Source of the DNA: Octopus sinensis
Lineage: Eukaryota
Assembly (NCBI RefSeq): GCF_006345805.1
Contig: NC_043011.1
Coordinates: 1,984,001-2,048,000, forward strand
Reading direction: 5' to 3'
DNA: 64,000 nt
Shown: one piece after another, positions 51,265 through 64,000 of the stretch
Position numbering within the stretch: the first letter of the stretch is position 1
How the letters are laid out: each line of letters opens with the position of its first letter
The notes under the pieces: generated by a model
The model's database searches: none
Seen by the model: the letters and a program-made list of their open reading frames with translations, nothing else
Told to the model about the DNA's origin: nothing
Program-made: the position numbers and the translations under genes

Positions 51265-52372
51265 TGCTGCATAGACACTGAAGAATATATCCACTGAAAT
51301 GAATGTTATTACATTGCAGTAAACACAAGTGAAACCAAATTGCATGTATATACATAATTGGCAAAAACAATCTTTCAGAGCAACATATTTAGAATAAAAG
51401 CAGAAAAACATAAATTCCATGTAGAGTTTATACATTGTATTCAATATGAGAGTCAGTAGGATAAACATCATTAAATGTATAATTATATATTTGTAATATA
51501 TAATTAATGAATTTAAATGAAGTTAATTTACATTAAACTTATTTAAAATGTATGCTTACTTAAATCATCAAGAACATTATTTGTATTAGGTTAATCAGAT
51601 GCACTTGTTAAACTATTTGAAACTGTTTTTATCAAATTTGTTTTCGTTTGCTTTTGGTTAAGATTCTTTTCATATCATTGTGATCAGGAAATATTTTTCA
51701 TTTGGGGAATTTTAATGATTCCTTTGTTTATCTGTAAAATTAATTATTGTCGTATATATTTAAGTTGAATTTTCTAAACTTGTAATTGTTATTTCATGGC
51801 TAAGTTATTTTGTTGTGTCTGGTTAATAAGTGTCTGTTAAGCTAAAGACCTTTATTTATTTCATATGGAGTATTTCTAATAACAGTTTGTTGGGCATATT
51901 TGCTTGTGCATTGTGTGTGTGAAGCTACCCTCACAATAAGAAACTCATGCAGATACACACACACACACACACCTGCATACACTCACATATACACAAGATC
52001 ATATGCACACAAAAAAATCATACCTAGGGATTTATATTTCAAGCAGCATACATTCTTTAATGAATTAACAAACAAACATTTTTAATTAACTTAGCAGACA
52101 AAATCAAAAACCACACCACATCCACACACACATAATGAAACTTTTGCATTTACCAAAACAAACTAAAACCAGTCTACTGTGACGTACATACCCATCAACA
52201 AGGATACAAAAACCAGGTATTCAAAAGAAACCTGAAGGAATTGAGCTCCTGTTAGGGGCCTGCTAAACTTGAAGTAGCACAGAACCAAATCAAGCTGTTT
52301 TAAATAATACATGTAACCCTGTAACCTACCAATTGTGTTGAGTGCCTTTTCTTTCATTTGTCCACTCACTTG

Positions 52373-52750
<378 letters not shown>

Positions 52751-54845
52751 GCACACGTGTGTATATAGACACATCATATATACAGAGTGACCCTTTGTTT
52801 AGAAAATCAACAGCAGTATTTTGATGTAAGTGTATACATAACCAGTCACATCCTATTTTCTATGTGCATTGGAAGACTTGATATCAGAACAGTAAACTAA
52901 TAAAATATTCATCAATTATGCAGAACAGTAACTGTTTACAGTGATATAATGTACTTGCTCCATATTTAAAACATAATTTTAATTCCACTAAACTTAGTTA
53001 AAATAGATGAGAAATTAGTGGAGTTTCTCATGTGCTTTCAATTTTGCCAGATATAAGTGAAAACAGTAATTTCTAACATAGGTACAATACTAGAAGTGTT
53101 GCGTAAGTGAACATGTGATATAATTTACTGTAGTACTCTATTAGTATCTACTTGATTTGAAAATGATTGAAAAGCAAAGTTAGCAGCAGTGGGATTTGAA
53201 CATCAACGAACAGAACTAAATATTGCATGACATTCCATACAAAATTCTGTCAAATTATTTTGGCATGTAGTAGAAAAATCTGTTTCTCTGAGGAGATTTA
53301 ATAAAACCAAGACATCTGACCATACTTTACAAAATCAGACTCACTCTCTGTTGCATTATTTAAGTCATTCAGTTTTTAATTAATTTAAATTATGAAGTTG
53401 TTCAATCTACTTTTCTTGTCCATAAATAATCATTAGTATAATGTGTTTTCTTCTCATTTCAGGTATAATTTTTATTTATCAAAGAATTATTTGGCTCAAT
53501 ACATTATGCATGGTAGTACTGGTTTAACCATGTCCTATAAGATTTGTTTACTTTGTTACACACAAAGAAACATGGCATTACACAAATATTATGTTTTTCT
53601 GTATACTCTAATTTCATTTACCTTGAATCGACTCATAATTCTATAGAATAATACATCTAAAATAAATGTATTTTAGTGAAAGAAATAGTTCAAGAAAACT
53701 AGTAAATTCTAAAATGTACAAACACATCCAATCTGTACTAAATTTGGAAAGAAGATATGTAATGAGAAAGAAAATTTTATCATCTGCAAACCAAAAATTC
53801 AAATACATAAATCAACATCTGGTACTTCTCAACTAATCCACTCTAAAAACATTTTGAGTTCACCTGATATCGTTGTGTTGTTGTCCATAAACATAGCTAG
53901 CATTTATATCAGAAATTTCTTCAGGCCATTAAGCACAACACTTTTTAGTACCGTTCACATAATAATCATCCAATTACATTTCTGAATAATTTTTTGTAAT
54001 TAAATTAAATTGCTGTGGAAAACTGTAAATTAAATTTTCCTATTGAAGTTCACTGTTGTAATAATAATTGCTGGACTGCTATGAGCTTCATTTAAACAAG
54101 AAAGCAATAAAACCACAAGTAAAAAGAAAAAAATACACACAAACATACAGCATAAACAAAAATAACTTTATTAAGTAATTTCTGTTTAGTATGTAACATA
54201 AAATACATAATAGAGAAAAAGCTGACAGTAAACTGCAAAGAATAGCAGCTTAATTAATTGAATGTTTATGGGAAAAGTTATTTATTGAGACTTAAATAAA
54301 GTTTCTTTTAATTTTAGTATAGTTTTTTTACAAGATTCAAAACACATACTGAAGGAAAATATGCTTTTAAAGAAAAATGAACAACAGATTACTTCTCTTA
54401 TCTTTTTCTTTCAGATATCCCACCACCTTTCTTTTAGCTTTTTTTAAAAATCAAAATTGAAAATTTAAATTATATGAAAATAATGCAATTTTAAATGCAT
54501 TTTTCTCTGGAAGAATTTCTGATAAAAAACATAACTATGTTGTAAGGCATTAATTATGGTCCTAGTTTTAACATTTTCTAATTGTACAATCCAATTTTGT
54601 TTGTTTTGCTCTACACAGTCATCTTTTCATTTCCTTCTTCCACGTTTTCTTCTAGTTTCATGTATCACACCATTCTATCAGGGAATTACCACTAGTCATA
54701 TTAATAACATAATTTAATTGATCTTCTGTCAGCTGTGAATACTTCATGATGAAATTGTACTTAATACAATGAGCTGAACTAAGTTTAAGCAAATAATTTA
54801 GATATAGTAAAATTATTTTAGCAATGAACAAATATTTGACAACAT

Positions 54846-55270
54846 GGCGCAGGAGTGGCTGTGTGGTAAGTAGCTTGTCTACCAACCACATGGTTCCAGG
54901 TTCAGTCCCAATGCATAGCACCTTGGGCAAGTTTCTTCTACTATAGCCTCGGGCCGACCAATGCCTTGTGAGTGGATTTGGTAGATGGAAACTGAAAGAA
55001 GCCTGTCGTATATATGTATATATATATATATATATGTGTGTGTGTATATGTTTGTGTGTCTGTGTTTGTCCCCCTAGCATTGCTTGACAACCGATGCTGG
55101 TGTGTTTACGTCGCCGTCACTTAGCAGTTCGGCAAAAGAGACCGATAGAATAAGTACTGGGCTTACAAAAGAATAAGTCCCGGGGTCGAGTTGCTCGATT
55201 AAAAGGCGGTGCTCCAGCATGGCCGCAGTCAAATGACTGAAACAAGTAAAAGAGTAAAAGAGTAAAGAGT
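54846..55270 (+). mobile_element. SINE family A, near full length
   Basis: Nearly identical to copy at 24733. Confidence 0.95.
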
Positions 55271-55617
55271 ATGAACCCATTCTTTCAATGCCAGAGCTCC
55301 AGCTTGGCCTTAACTTTAATTACCCAATCTACAGATCCATGCCTTTTCTTTGCTGTAAATTAATTTTAAACTTTCAAAAGAGAAGTGATGAAATAATTTG
55401 ATCAAAATACTTTAAGTAGGAAATAAATAAATCATATTGATTTAGTGTCTGCTCCAATATTCATTGTTTGAGGTTACTGTTTTAACAAAGGAGAATATGA
55501 CATTATTGTTATTTTCTCAGAAAGATGAGACTTTCAGTTTATAATTTTTAACAAACATTACTATATTCAAAAATGGGACTACAACTATTATAATCTCCAT
55601 TTCTGTTCTGTCCTTAA

Positions 55618-55800
55618 TCATCATCATCATCATCATCATTTAGCGTCCGTTTTCCATGCTAGCATGGGTTGGACGGTTCAACTGGGGTCTGTGAAGCCGG
55701 AAGGCCGCATCAGGCCCAGTCAGATCTGGCAGTGTTTCTACGGCTGGATGCCCTTCCTAACGCCAACCACTCCGTGAGTGTAGTGGGTGCTTTTCATTTA
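55618..55800 (-). mobile_element. SINE family C, 5'-truncated
   Basis: (cat)n tail plus 3' body. Confidence 0.9.
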
Positions 55801-56102
55801 TTTACAATCTACTGTAAAATAAAAATGGTTGGGTGTGATTTGAGGAAGATTTGGCTGCTATCGCTAGCAGCTTGAGCAACTGCATAATAGTTCCCTCACT
55901 GGCTTAGCAAATGATGGTGTTTCAGCATAATCATGGCATAATAGCTGAATCAGTAAACATAGTAAGAGTAAATGAAACATATTAAACATAAACTAAGACA
56001 TAAAAGAGAGGAAAAAGTGTTGACAGCGAAAAAACAAAAACAAAACAAAAACAAAAAAAAACAAACAAAAAACAAAAAAGAATGAAAGAAGAAACAGGAA
56101 CC

Positions 56103-56540
56103 GGATCTTTTCGGTTTGAACGGCAGTTTTTTTAAAATAATTTCCACATAACTAAACACTTTTAAACTTCGTATACTGGTAGAATGTGTTTATAAAACAT
56201 TTTTTTCTCTTGGCTTTATTGAGAAAATTCTATAGTTTGTAAGATATTTGTTGTTGTTTTTCTTCAATTTCTGCAATTTCAACCAATCAATGACGTCTAT
56301 TGAGGTGAAAACATTCTGTGCCTTATGAAAATGTCCCTCGTTTAAGGAACATATTGGGTTTATTTACATTTCTGAAGAAAAAAGATACCCTTCCCCCACC
56401 CCTAACCCTAACTAACCCTAACTCTAATCCTAACCCTAAAATAGATTGAAATGCAATAGATCGATACTAGGGTCATAATTATGGGTGACAATTTCATATG
56501 ACACCGCTAGAAAAAACTGCTGTTCAAACCGAAAAGATCC
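56103..56540. mobile_element. MITE with ~29-bp TIRs, exact 8-bp TSD and expanded (CCCTAA)n
   Basis: TSD caggaacc at 56095-56102 and 56541-56548; GG...CC termini; degenerate ccctaa array 56400-56440. Confidence 0.95.
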
Positions 56541-57415
56541 CAGGAACCTAATTCAATAAAACTTTATTATTACTAAGAAATATTAGAATGTTTTCTCTTT
56601 CACTAATTCTAGAGAGAATGAGGGTATGTATTATATAAGTGTATGTGTATTTTTTATGTATATTTATGTGTGATTTAGGTATGATGTAAGGGCATGCATA
56701 TGCTGTATCGTGCATGTATGTATAATAAGTTACAAATGAGTATTTTGCAAGTAATTAAGAATATACAGGTGAGTGAAGTTGAAGTTTTGGAAGTCCAGTA
56801 GACAGAGACACAGGACAATTTAATGACATCAAACTTTGCTATTGGCATCAAATTGTATTGCTTGTTATTTCTTCCATTGTTATCATATCCCACTGCTTCA
56901 GATTTAAACAATTTTCAGTTTTACTGAAGACCACGGAACAATGAATCCAAAGTGTTGACACCTGCTTCAAATATGTTTTTCACTACACTAGGTTTTCTTG
57001 CCGTATATTCAAATTTTGTCTCTTTTGTAAAAGCAGCAGCTGCTGCTGCCATTAGATTGTTAGTGCTTAGCATCTGATCACCTCTGATTGAACAGGTATA
57101 TGACTAAAGGTATTCCAAGTGTAGCATTTCTATGTTTGTTTTTTCTTTTCTTTTCATACATAACATACCATGGACAACATTATCTATTGAAGGCGTGAAA
57201 TTTGAAGGCGATCCTTGTCGCTATTTCTAGTTAATCAAACAGCTGCATAAGTGATGCCTTTTTACCAAGTTGAAACGAGTGTTGAAGAGACACAGAAGAG
57301 AATATATTGTGGGAATAACATAGAAAATAATTATTTGTTGTGTACAGTTGATTTCTTACATAATAATGACATTTATAATTACATTGTAATTAATTTCTTT
57401 TATTTTTTTCAACAG

Positions 57416-57457
57416 GGGGATCTCCTACGTCCCCATTGAAAAGACAGATGAGACAAC
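57416..57457 (+). CDS. Candidate 42-nt internal exon of an unidentified host gene
   Basis: tttttcaacAG|...|GTAAGT; 50% GC within very AT-rich flanks; length 3n; open in two phases (GSPTSPLKRQMRQ or GISYVPIEKTDET). Confidence 0.55.
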
Positions 57458-57889
57458 GTAAGTAAATTATTCATTTTATTCTCTTTCATTATTTATACTA
57501 TACTTTTTCATTGCTGTTGTCATATAACTATCTTTTATAGAATAATAATACAGAATATATATTAAATTCAGTACAACTGATGTGGCCAAGCTGTTCTGAC
57601 CATTTAAATACGATGTTTTAAGATATATAGTTTATTTGGAGATGAGGCACCCAAAGTCACCTTCAGGAATTTCTTAAAATGCAGCCTTTTCTGCGTGTTA
57701 TTATATCTTCTGACTACATGGGTCAGCTGGCTACCAACCAAACCACTCAATTGAGATACATAAGAAGGAAAAACAGTGATCATCAGAAAATTTATAGGCA
57801 TGCTTTTAAGAGAGAACTTTATCCTCCACTATTTTTAATAATGACTCAATTAAGTTCATGTAAAGATTGATTAACTTGGTAAGCATTTG

Positions 57890-58950
57890 CAGGATTACAA
57901 CTTGCTATTAAAGTAGATAGTAATCTTACCTTGTCCTTATTCTTAGTGCAAGTTTTCAAGAGTGCAGTTCGATTTTCACAGTTATTTTTTCAAAGCTATA
58001 GTGAAATAACAAAGGAGCTTATTCAGCATATTTTGCTTTATGAGTTCAATAAAGGCAACAATGCAATGGAAAGTGTGAGGAATATTAATGCTGTATATGG
58101 GGTTTGGACAATGAGCATAAGCAAGTGTCAATGGTGGTTCCAGAAATTCCAAGCTGGAAACTACAGCTTAGAAGACAAGCCTCATCCTGGAAGGTCTTCA
58201 AACCCTGGTGGAACAAAATCCCATTTCAACTGTTGAGGAACTAACAAAGTAGCTTGTATTTGGTCATTCAACCATTCTTTGACACACCTGCATGCTATTG
58301 GAAAAGTCAGCAAATTGGGTCATTGGGTTCCTTTCCAGATTTTCTGAGTCTAATCACACGCAGAGAGTGAATGTATGCTGTTCTTTGCCATTACGTCTCA
58401 TGAATGAACCTTTTTTGGACCGAATAGTGACTGGTGACAAGAAATGGGTTCTCTATAAAAATGTCAAGCACTGAAGACAGTGGGTAGGGAAAGGAGAAAC
58501 ACTGGCACCTCAAGCTAAAGAAGGTCTTCACTCATGTAAGGTGTTGTTAGCTGTTTGGTGGGATATGAAAGGTTTAGTCCACTTTGAACTTTTAAACCTA
58601 AACCAAACAATAACAAAGGATATCTACTGTGAGCAGCTTGACCTGCTTATGTCAGTGCTAGAAGAAAAATGACCATCTTTGGTTTCAAGATGAAAGGTGT
58701 TCTTCCATCAGGATAATGTTTGACCACATACGGCATGGATGACATTCCAAAGGCTGGAGCAGTTTGGATGGAAAACGATGCCCCAACCACCATATTCGCT
58801 GGACATTGCCCCATCTGATTATCTTTTATTCCAGTTTTCAAAATCATTTAGATGGAAAAAATATGAATTCTGTAGATGAGGAGTATTTTTTGTCACAGAC
58901 AATGCCTATTGCACATTTATTTTTCTCTTTTGAAAAACCTTTCTTGATTT
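57890..58950 (+). mobile_element. Degenerate mariner transposon
   Basis: IQHILLYEFNKG...WWFQKF...LEDKPHPGR, FLDRIVTGDKKWVLY, FHQDN and HPPYSLDIAPSDY. Confidence 0.9.
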
Positions 58951-59595
58951 TACTCATTTTTTGTCTGCCATTTCAGCAGGTTGTATCTTTCATTCAACAC
59001 TATGTTTTATTTATTTACATTTATCTCTTTTATATTTACCTTCCTTATATATTAACTAAAGACAACTGTTTAAAATGATGGTTATTTTTCCTTTCCAGTT
59101 GATAATAGTTTCTTAAAATCTTCATCTTAGAAAATATTTTATCATAGCATGGTTCACACATCAGTACTATGTACCATCTCTCTTCTACTGGTGTCATATT
59201 CATATCCAGAGAAGGCATCACCAGGTTGATCTTGCTTTCTTCTGAGAGTTAAGTGCTGTTTAGATTGCTTTCTTCTGAGAGTTAAGTGCTGTTTAGATTG
59301 TATGACCAAATATATGCTCTCCAGTTGAGTGTTGTTTTTTAATATATAATAGCATGTATGTATTATTTACAGCTTCATTTGAAACAAAGCTATCCAACTT
59401 ATGACTCATACTTCATTAAAAAGAACAATAAATGTAACTCCTCAACATTTCAATGGAATCATTCATTGCAAATAAGCTTTTCCCAAAACCCTTGCTTAAC
59501 TCCTACACCAAACATTAAGTAAAGATCCTTAGTATAAGATTCAATAATCTGTGAAATTAACTTCACTGCAATTTTATTTCAACTTCTTTTGTGTG

Positions 59596-59980
59596 ATGGA
59601 AGCACTCCGTCGGTTACGACGATGAGGGTTCCGGTTGATCCGAATCAATGGAACAGCCTGCTCGTGAAATTAACGTGTAAGTGGCTGAGCACTCCACAGA
59701 CATGTGTACCCTTAACGTAGTTCTCGGGGATATTCAGCGTGACACAGAGAGTGACAAGGCCGGCCCTTTGAAATACAGGTACAACAGAAACAGGAAGTAA
59801 GAGTGAGAGAAAGTTGTGGTGAGAGAGTACAGCAGGGATCACCACCATCCCCCGCTGGAGCCTCGTGGAGCTTTAGGTGTTTTCATTCAATAAACACTCA
59901 CAACGCCCGGTCTGGGAATCAAAACCGCGATCCTATGACTGCGAGTCCGCTGCCCTAACCACTGGGCCATTGCGCCTCCA
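59596..59980 (-). mobile_element. tRNA-Arg-like SINE family D, full length with TSD
   Basis: Head ggaggcgcaatggcccagtggttagggcagcggactcgcagtc...ggttttgattcc; TSD acttcttttgtgtg at 59582-59595 and 59980-59993. Confidence 0.9.
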
Positions 59981-60334
59981 CTTCTTTTGTGTGCAAATCC
60001 AACAGATGACCTCATGACTTTGACACATCACTCACTCGGCCTCCATATTCAACAAGAGTCACCATCCTTTATATATGAACCATGCTCTTTTGTTTCAAAA
60101 ACAGTTCTGTATCAGCCAATATATTGTCTCCTGTAGTTGTAGATCTAATGGATGATATATAAAATATTTTGATCGTTCAACTTTGTTATGTTAGTTGGTA
60201 AAATGTTCCTGTTATCTTTCATTTTCAAAGCATTAAAGAAACATTTTTATGTTTGTGTATATTTACTTTTGGAGTATATATTTGATATATTTTACATACA
60301 CATATATCTAATATACATAATGTATATGATTATG

Positions 60335-60382
<48 letters not shown>

Positions 60383-61024
60383 CAAAATAAGCAACAGGGA
60401 TATCCAAAGGTAGTGTAGTACAATTGTTTCATGCTACTTCATTTAATTTAAACAATGTAAGTATTACATCAGTTTTAAAATGTAGAGCACTTTTCAGCCA
60501 CATATAGAATTTTTAAAAATTTAATTTGAGAATGTTCATTTTTATACTTATTCTATTTGCCACCATTACAAAGAGTGTAGATATATAGACAGAGAGGTGA
60601 ATTTCATCAGTAAGAACATGGTAGTAGAAGATCTTTCCTCATGGGCAGATTTTATATCACTGAGTTCACTTAGTTATTCAGATTTACCAATGGGAAGGGG
60701 GTTTTCTTTTAAGTTCAGTGGAGACAATCAAGAATTTTTCTATTTATAGATAGAGGAAGGGGCAGTTTAAATGGCAAAGCCATAAATCCAACCCTTTTAT
60801 GAGGAATTTAACTTTGGTACATTTGAATGCATTTTAGCTATAGTTAGTAGGCTGAAGCTAGTGGGGTAGGGAGAATAGGGACTTCTAATGACACTTAACC
60901 ATTTAACAGCCATAATCCTACTTGTGATTTTAAACAAATATCTTTTAGATAGTTTTTTCCAAAGGATTCTAATAAATTTTAGTATTTTATATAGGGACGG
61001 GGAGTATATAAATCATTTCATATT

Positions 61025-61068
<44 letters not shown>

Positions 61069-61148
61069 CAGTAAATCATAAATCCAAAACAGAAGCACTT
61101 TCTAAATCATAGGGCAGCAGAGTATTTAGAGAATGTTAGTTATGGCCA

Positions 61149-61546
61149 GTTCATAGGGTTACTCAGGGTTTCGAGTCCTTAAAGTGCTTGGTGTTACATA
61201 TGTCTCATCAGACCAAGGCCTTGTGGTTAGCTATTGAACACACACAGAAGGGTCAAGTGCAAGGAATTGTCTCCCTTCGACTACTATTAGGAATCCACCC
61301 AGTCAGTTTGCAGGTTCCAGGATTTCAGTAGGAATCACTTGAGGTGTGAGCAGGGGCTGATAGCAGTCTAAGAGAGACAATTCCTTGTGCTTGACTTTTC
61401 TTCCTTTTATGTTCAGTAACTAGCCATGAGACCTTCTCTCCCTCCACTTTAAAGAGAAATTATAGGCCACTGGCCATTAGGATCTGACGTGATGTATGTA
61501 AAGCCAAGCACTTTATAGATGTTAAACCCTGGGTAACCCTATGAAC
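61149..61546. repeat. Diverged fold-back (inverted pLTR-like) element containing decayed HHR cores in both arms
   Basis: gttcatagggttactcagggttt / aaaccctgggtaaccctatgaac; aaagtgcttgg / ccaagcacttt; gtcaagtgcaaggaattgtctc / gagacaattccttgtgcttgac. Confidence 0.8.
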
Positions 61547-61589
61547 CAACCATCACTATCTTTATATAAATATATATATATATATATAA

Positions 61590-62045
61590 AAATATGGGTG
61601 GTTAATTTGCAATTTTACAACCTAAAGGCAAAAATATATACGTCACTTAAGTGAACAAGGGCAGTAATCAGCACCAGTATTGCTAAAAACAAGAATCGAA
61701 GCAACTCAAGAGTTAAAAAGAGCAGTATCTTAATGAACTGCCAAGGGAGGCAAGCTCCCTATGGTCGAAGATACAGCCAGATCATCAAGGATTTCATGTT
61801 CTGATACTTAATGCACCTTAATGCACATCAGTAGCTCTCACTGTGCCTAGGGTTAAATTCATCTTGCTTTGTCAGCTTATAAGATTTTTGTTGAGATTAA
61901 ACACTAATTTCAAAAATAGTAATAGTGAAAATTATAAATAATATGGGTGTGTATTTCGTAATTTTACAGCATAAAGGCAAAAATATATGTTACTAAAGTG
62001 AGCAGGGGCACTAATCAGCACCAGTATTGCTATAAACAATAACAA
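61590..62045. repeat. ~110-bp diverged direct repeat (61590-61700 and 61941-62045)
   Basis: Shared aaggcaaaaatatat...taatcagcaccagtattgcta. Confidence 0.8.
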
Positions 62046-62057
62046 ACAGATAAGCCT

Positions 62058-62330
62058 CACCTGGCCGCCGTGCCGGTGGCATGTAAAAAAGCACCATCCG
62101 TTCGTGGCTGTTTGCCAGCTCCGTCTGGCACCTGTGCGGGTGGCACGTAAAAAGCACCCACACTCTCACGGAGTGGTTGGCGTTAGGAAGAGCATCCAGC
62201 CGTAGAAACACTGCCAGATCAGACTGGGCCTGATGCAGCCTTCTGGCTTCACAGACCCCAGTTGAACCGTCCAACCCATGCTAGCATGGAAAGCGGATGC
62301 GAAATGATGATGATGAGGATGATGATAGAT
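62058..62330 (+). mobile_element. SINE family C
   Basis: Family C body and (gat)n tail. Confidence 0.9.
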
Positions 62331-62391
62331 TGTGGTTCACTACAGCTGTTTCAGATGCGTTTTTTTATTGATGAACAGAAGTGCTTCATTA

Positions 62392-62530
62392 TGTGTGTGT
62401 GTGTGAGCATTTGTGTCAGTGTTTGTGCCCCCATCACCACTTGACAACTGGGTTTTGGTGTGTTTACATTCCTGTAACTTAGCGGTTAGACAAAAAAAAA
62501 CCCTGATAGAATAAGTACTAGGCTTAACCA
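62392..62530 (+). mobile_element. SINE family A 3' fragment
   Basis: Partial match. Confidence 0.7.
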
Positions 62531-62824
62531 AAAATTTTTTGAATTATAATATCCATTAGCAGTTCCATTGTTGAAGTATCAAGGAAATTCTAACGTAAAA
62601 GACAACAGAAGTTACTAGTTTCATCTTTGAAGAGAAAGTGAAATAGATATGAGTCCTCAAAGAGTACAGGACAGTGCAAAGGAAGAACAAGTGCACGAGG
62701 CTTGATGGTACAGTTAGTATGTATATAACATTGGACTTAAGGGAATGTATGTACATACATGTGCAAAGACATACATACACATACACACACAGACATTTAC
62801 TCATATAAACCCACATATACATAT

Positions 62825-63145
62825 ACACAGAGGCTCACCAATGAAGAAGTTCTTAAGCAGATCAGGTCAAAAATGTCGCTAGAAGCTAGGATCACCAAGC
62901 ATAGATTGGCATATTTTGGTCATATTATGCGGAGAAAATCCCTGGAGAAGGACATCATGCTCGGAATGGTCAGTGGCAAGAGAGGAAGAGGCCGACCAAG
63001 AACCCGCTGGCTTGACACCATCAAGAGTGATACTGGAATGGACATAGCCAATTTGAAAGAAGCGGCCCAGGATAGAACTGACTGGAGGACGCTGATCCAA
63101 CGAGTGACCGAGAGTCGACTTCGACTGAGCGAATAGATAGATAGA
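62825..63145 (+). mobile_element. RTE/BovB-like LINE 3' end
   Basis: LAYFGHIMRRKSLEKDIMLG...RGRGRPRTRWLD...DWR...VTESRLRLSE* then (atag)n; no internal stops. Confidence 0.9.
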
Positions 63146-63374
63146 CTCAGGGAGTAAATATGAGTCTACTGCATCTTATAGGGGAAATAGCTGTAAGTTA
63201 ATGAAGTTCATAAGATAATCATTTATTCTTTCGTCATCTCTTTCCTGATATAGATGCATGTATGTGTATGTGTGTGCTTGTGTGTGTATATATAATGTAA
63301 GGTGATATATTTGAATAAATATTTGTAGCTTTTACATTATTCTATTATTTAAACAAAGGCAATATTTCCCGCTT

Positions 63375-63577
63375 TATAAGGCAGCAAGCTGGCAGAAATG
63401 TTAGCATGCCAGGTGAAATACTTTGCAGTATTTTGTCTTTGTGTTCTGAGTTCAAATAGACTTTGCTTTTCATCCTTTCCGGGTTGATAAATTAAGTACC
63501 AGTTGTGTACTGGGGTCGATCTAATCGATTGGCACCCCCCACCCCCCAAAAAAATTTCAGGCCTTGTGCCTAGAGTA
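63375..63577 (+). mobile_element. SINE family B
   Basis: Family B head and body. Confidence 0.85.
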
Positions 63578-64000
63578 GAAAAGAACATTTCCTGCTTTAT
63601 TTGTTATTGTGAAGAGAAAGAAGTGATGAAGAGTTGTCTGGAATAGTTAGTAGGGAGGAATAGAAAAGGGTGGGTTAGTAGGATTATCTCATAAACCTTG
63701 GAGCAAAGTAATATTCTGAATTTTAAGCCTAGACTAAATTTGATAGAAATCATTATTAAAAATTAATCAATAAATTTATCTTCAGGAAAATTATCATTTT
63801 AGAGTTTCTTTTAATGTTGTTTACGTTTTAGTAACTTATTTCATGATGTCTATATAGCAGTGTTGGTGGGAATATTGACAGAGACGGGCTGGGGATGATA
63901 TCACTCAATATTTAGTCTTGTTTTAATTTTGAGGATTTTTTTTTTTTTTGCACTATCTTAACTGTTTTCTGTGTCTGTTAATTCTGAGAGAGTGGTTATA

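Noticed and set aside
60550-60870. Minus-strand KTPFPLVNLNN and a nearby CTGATGA, possibly a PLE C-terminus/pLTR
   Set aside because: Too degenerate, with no GAAA partner or other EN motifs.

Overview
AT-rich, repeat-saturated eukaryotic DNA. The tRNA-derived SINE families, the (gat)n-tailed RTE-type SINE and the dense (TA)n/(TG)n/(TATG)n microsatellites point to an octopus genome (inference). No host protein-coding gene is clearly recognisable. The window looks intronic or intergenic, with one good 42-nt plus-strand exon candidate (57416-57457). Most ORFs in the supplied track are microsatellite or SINE artefacts. Real coding signal comes from transposon remnants: several Penelope-like elements (PLEs), CR1-group, RTE/BovB and R4/Dong LINEs, three mariner fossils and a hAT fossil. 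Non-coding mobile elements include MITEs (piggyBac-like, and 8-bp-TSD MITEs carrying telomeric repeats) and Helentron-like elements. The most striking theme is a high density of hammerhead-ribozyme (HHR) motifs in PLE pseudo-LTRs and fold-back structures. One type I HHR looks intact (50918-51003). Another PLE family has a pseudo-LTR combining a tRNA-Arg-like Pol III promoter with an HHR (36.1-36.9 kb). Variant-core HHR-like motifs recur at 8.8, 16.7 and 45.3 kb, and an HHR can be reconstructed from a fold-back at 61.1-61.5 kb. All structures and alignments were done by eye, and element boundaries are approximate unless a TSD/TIR is quoted.
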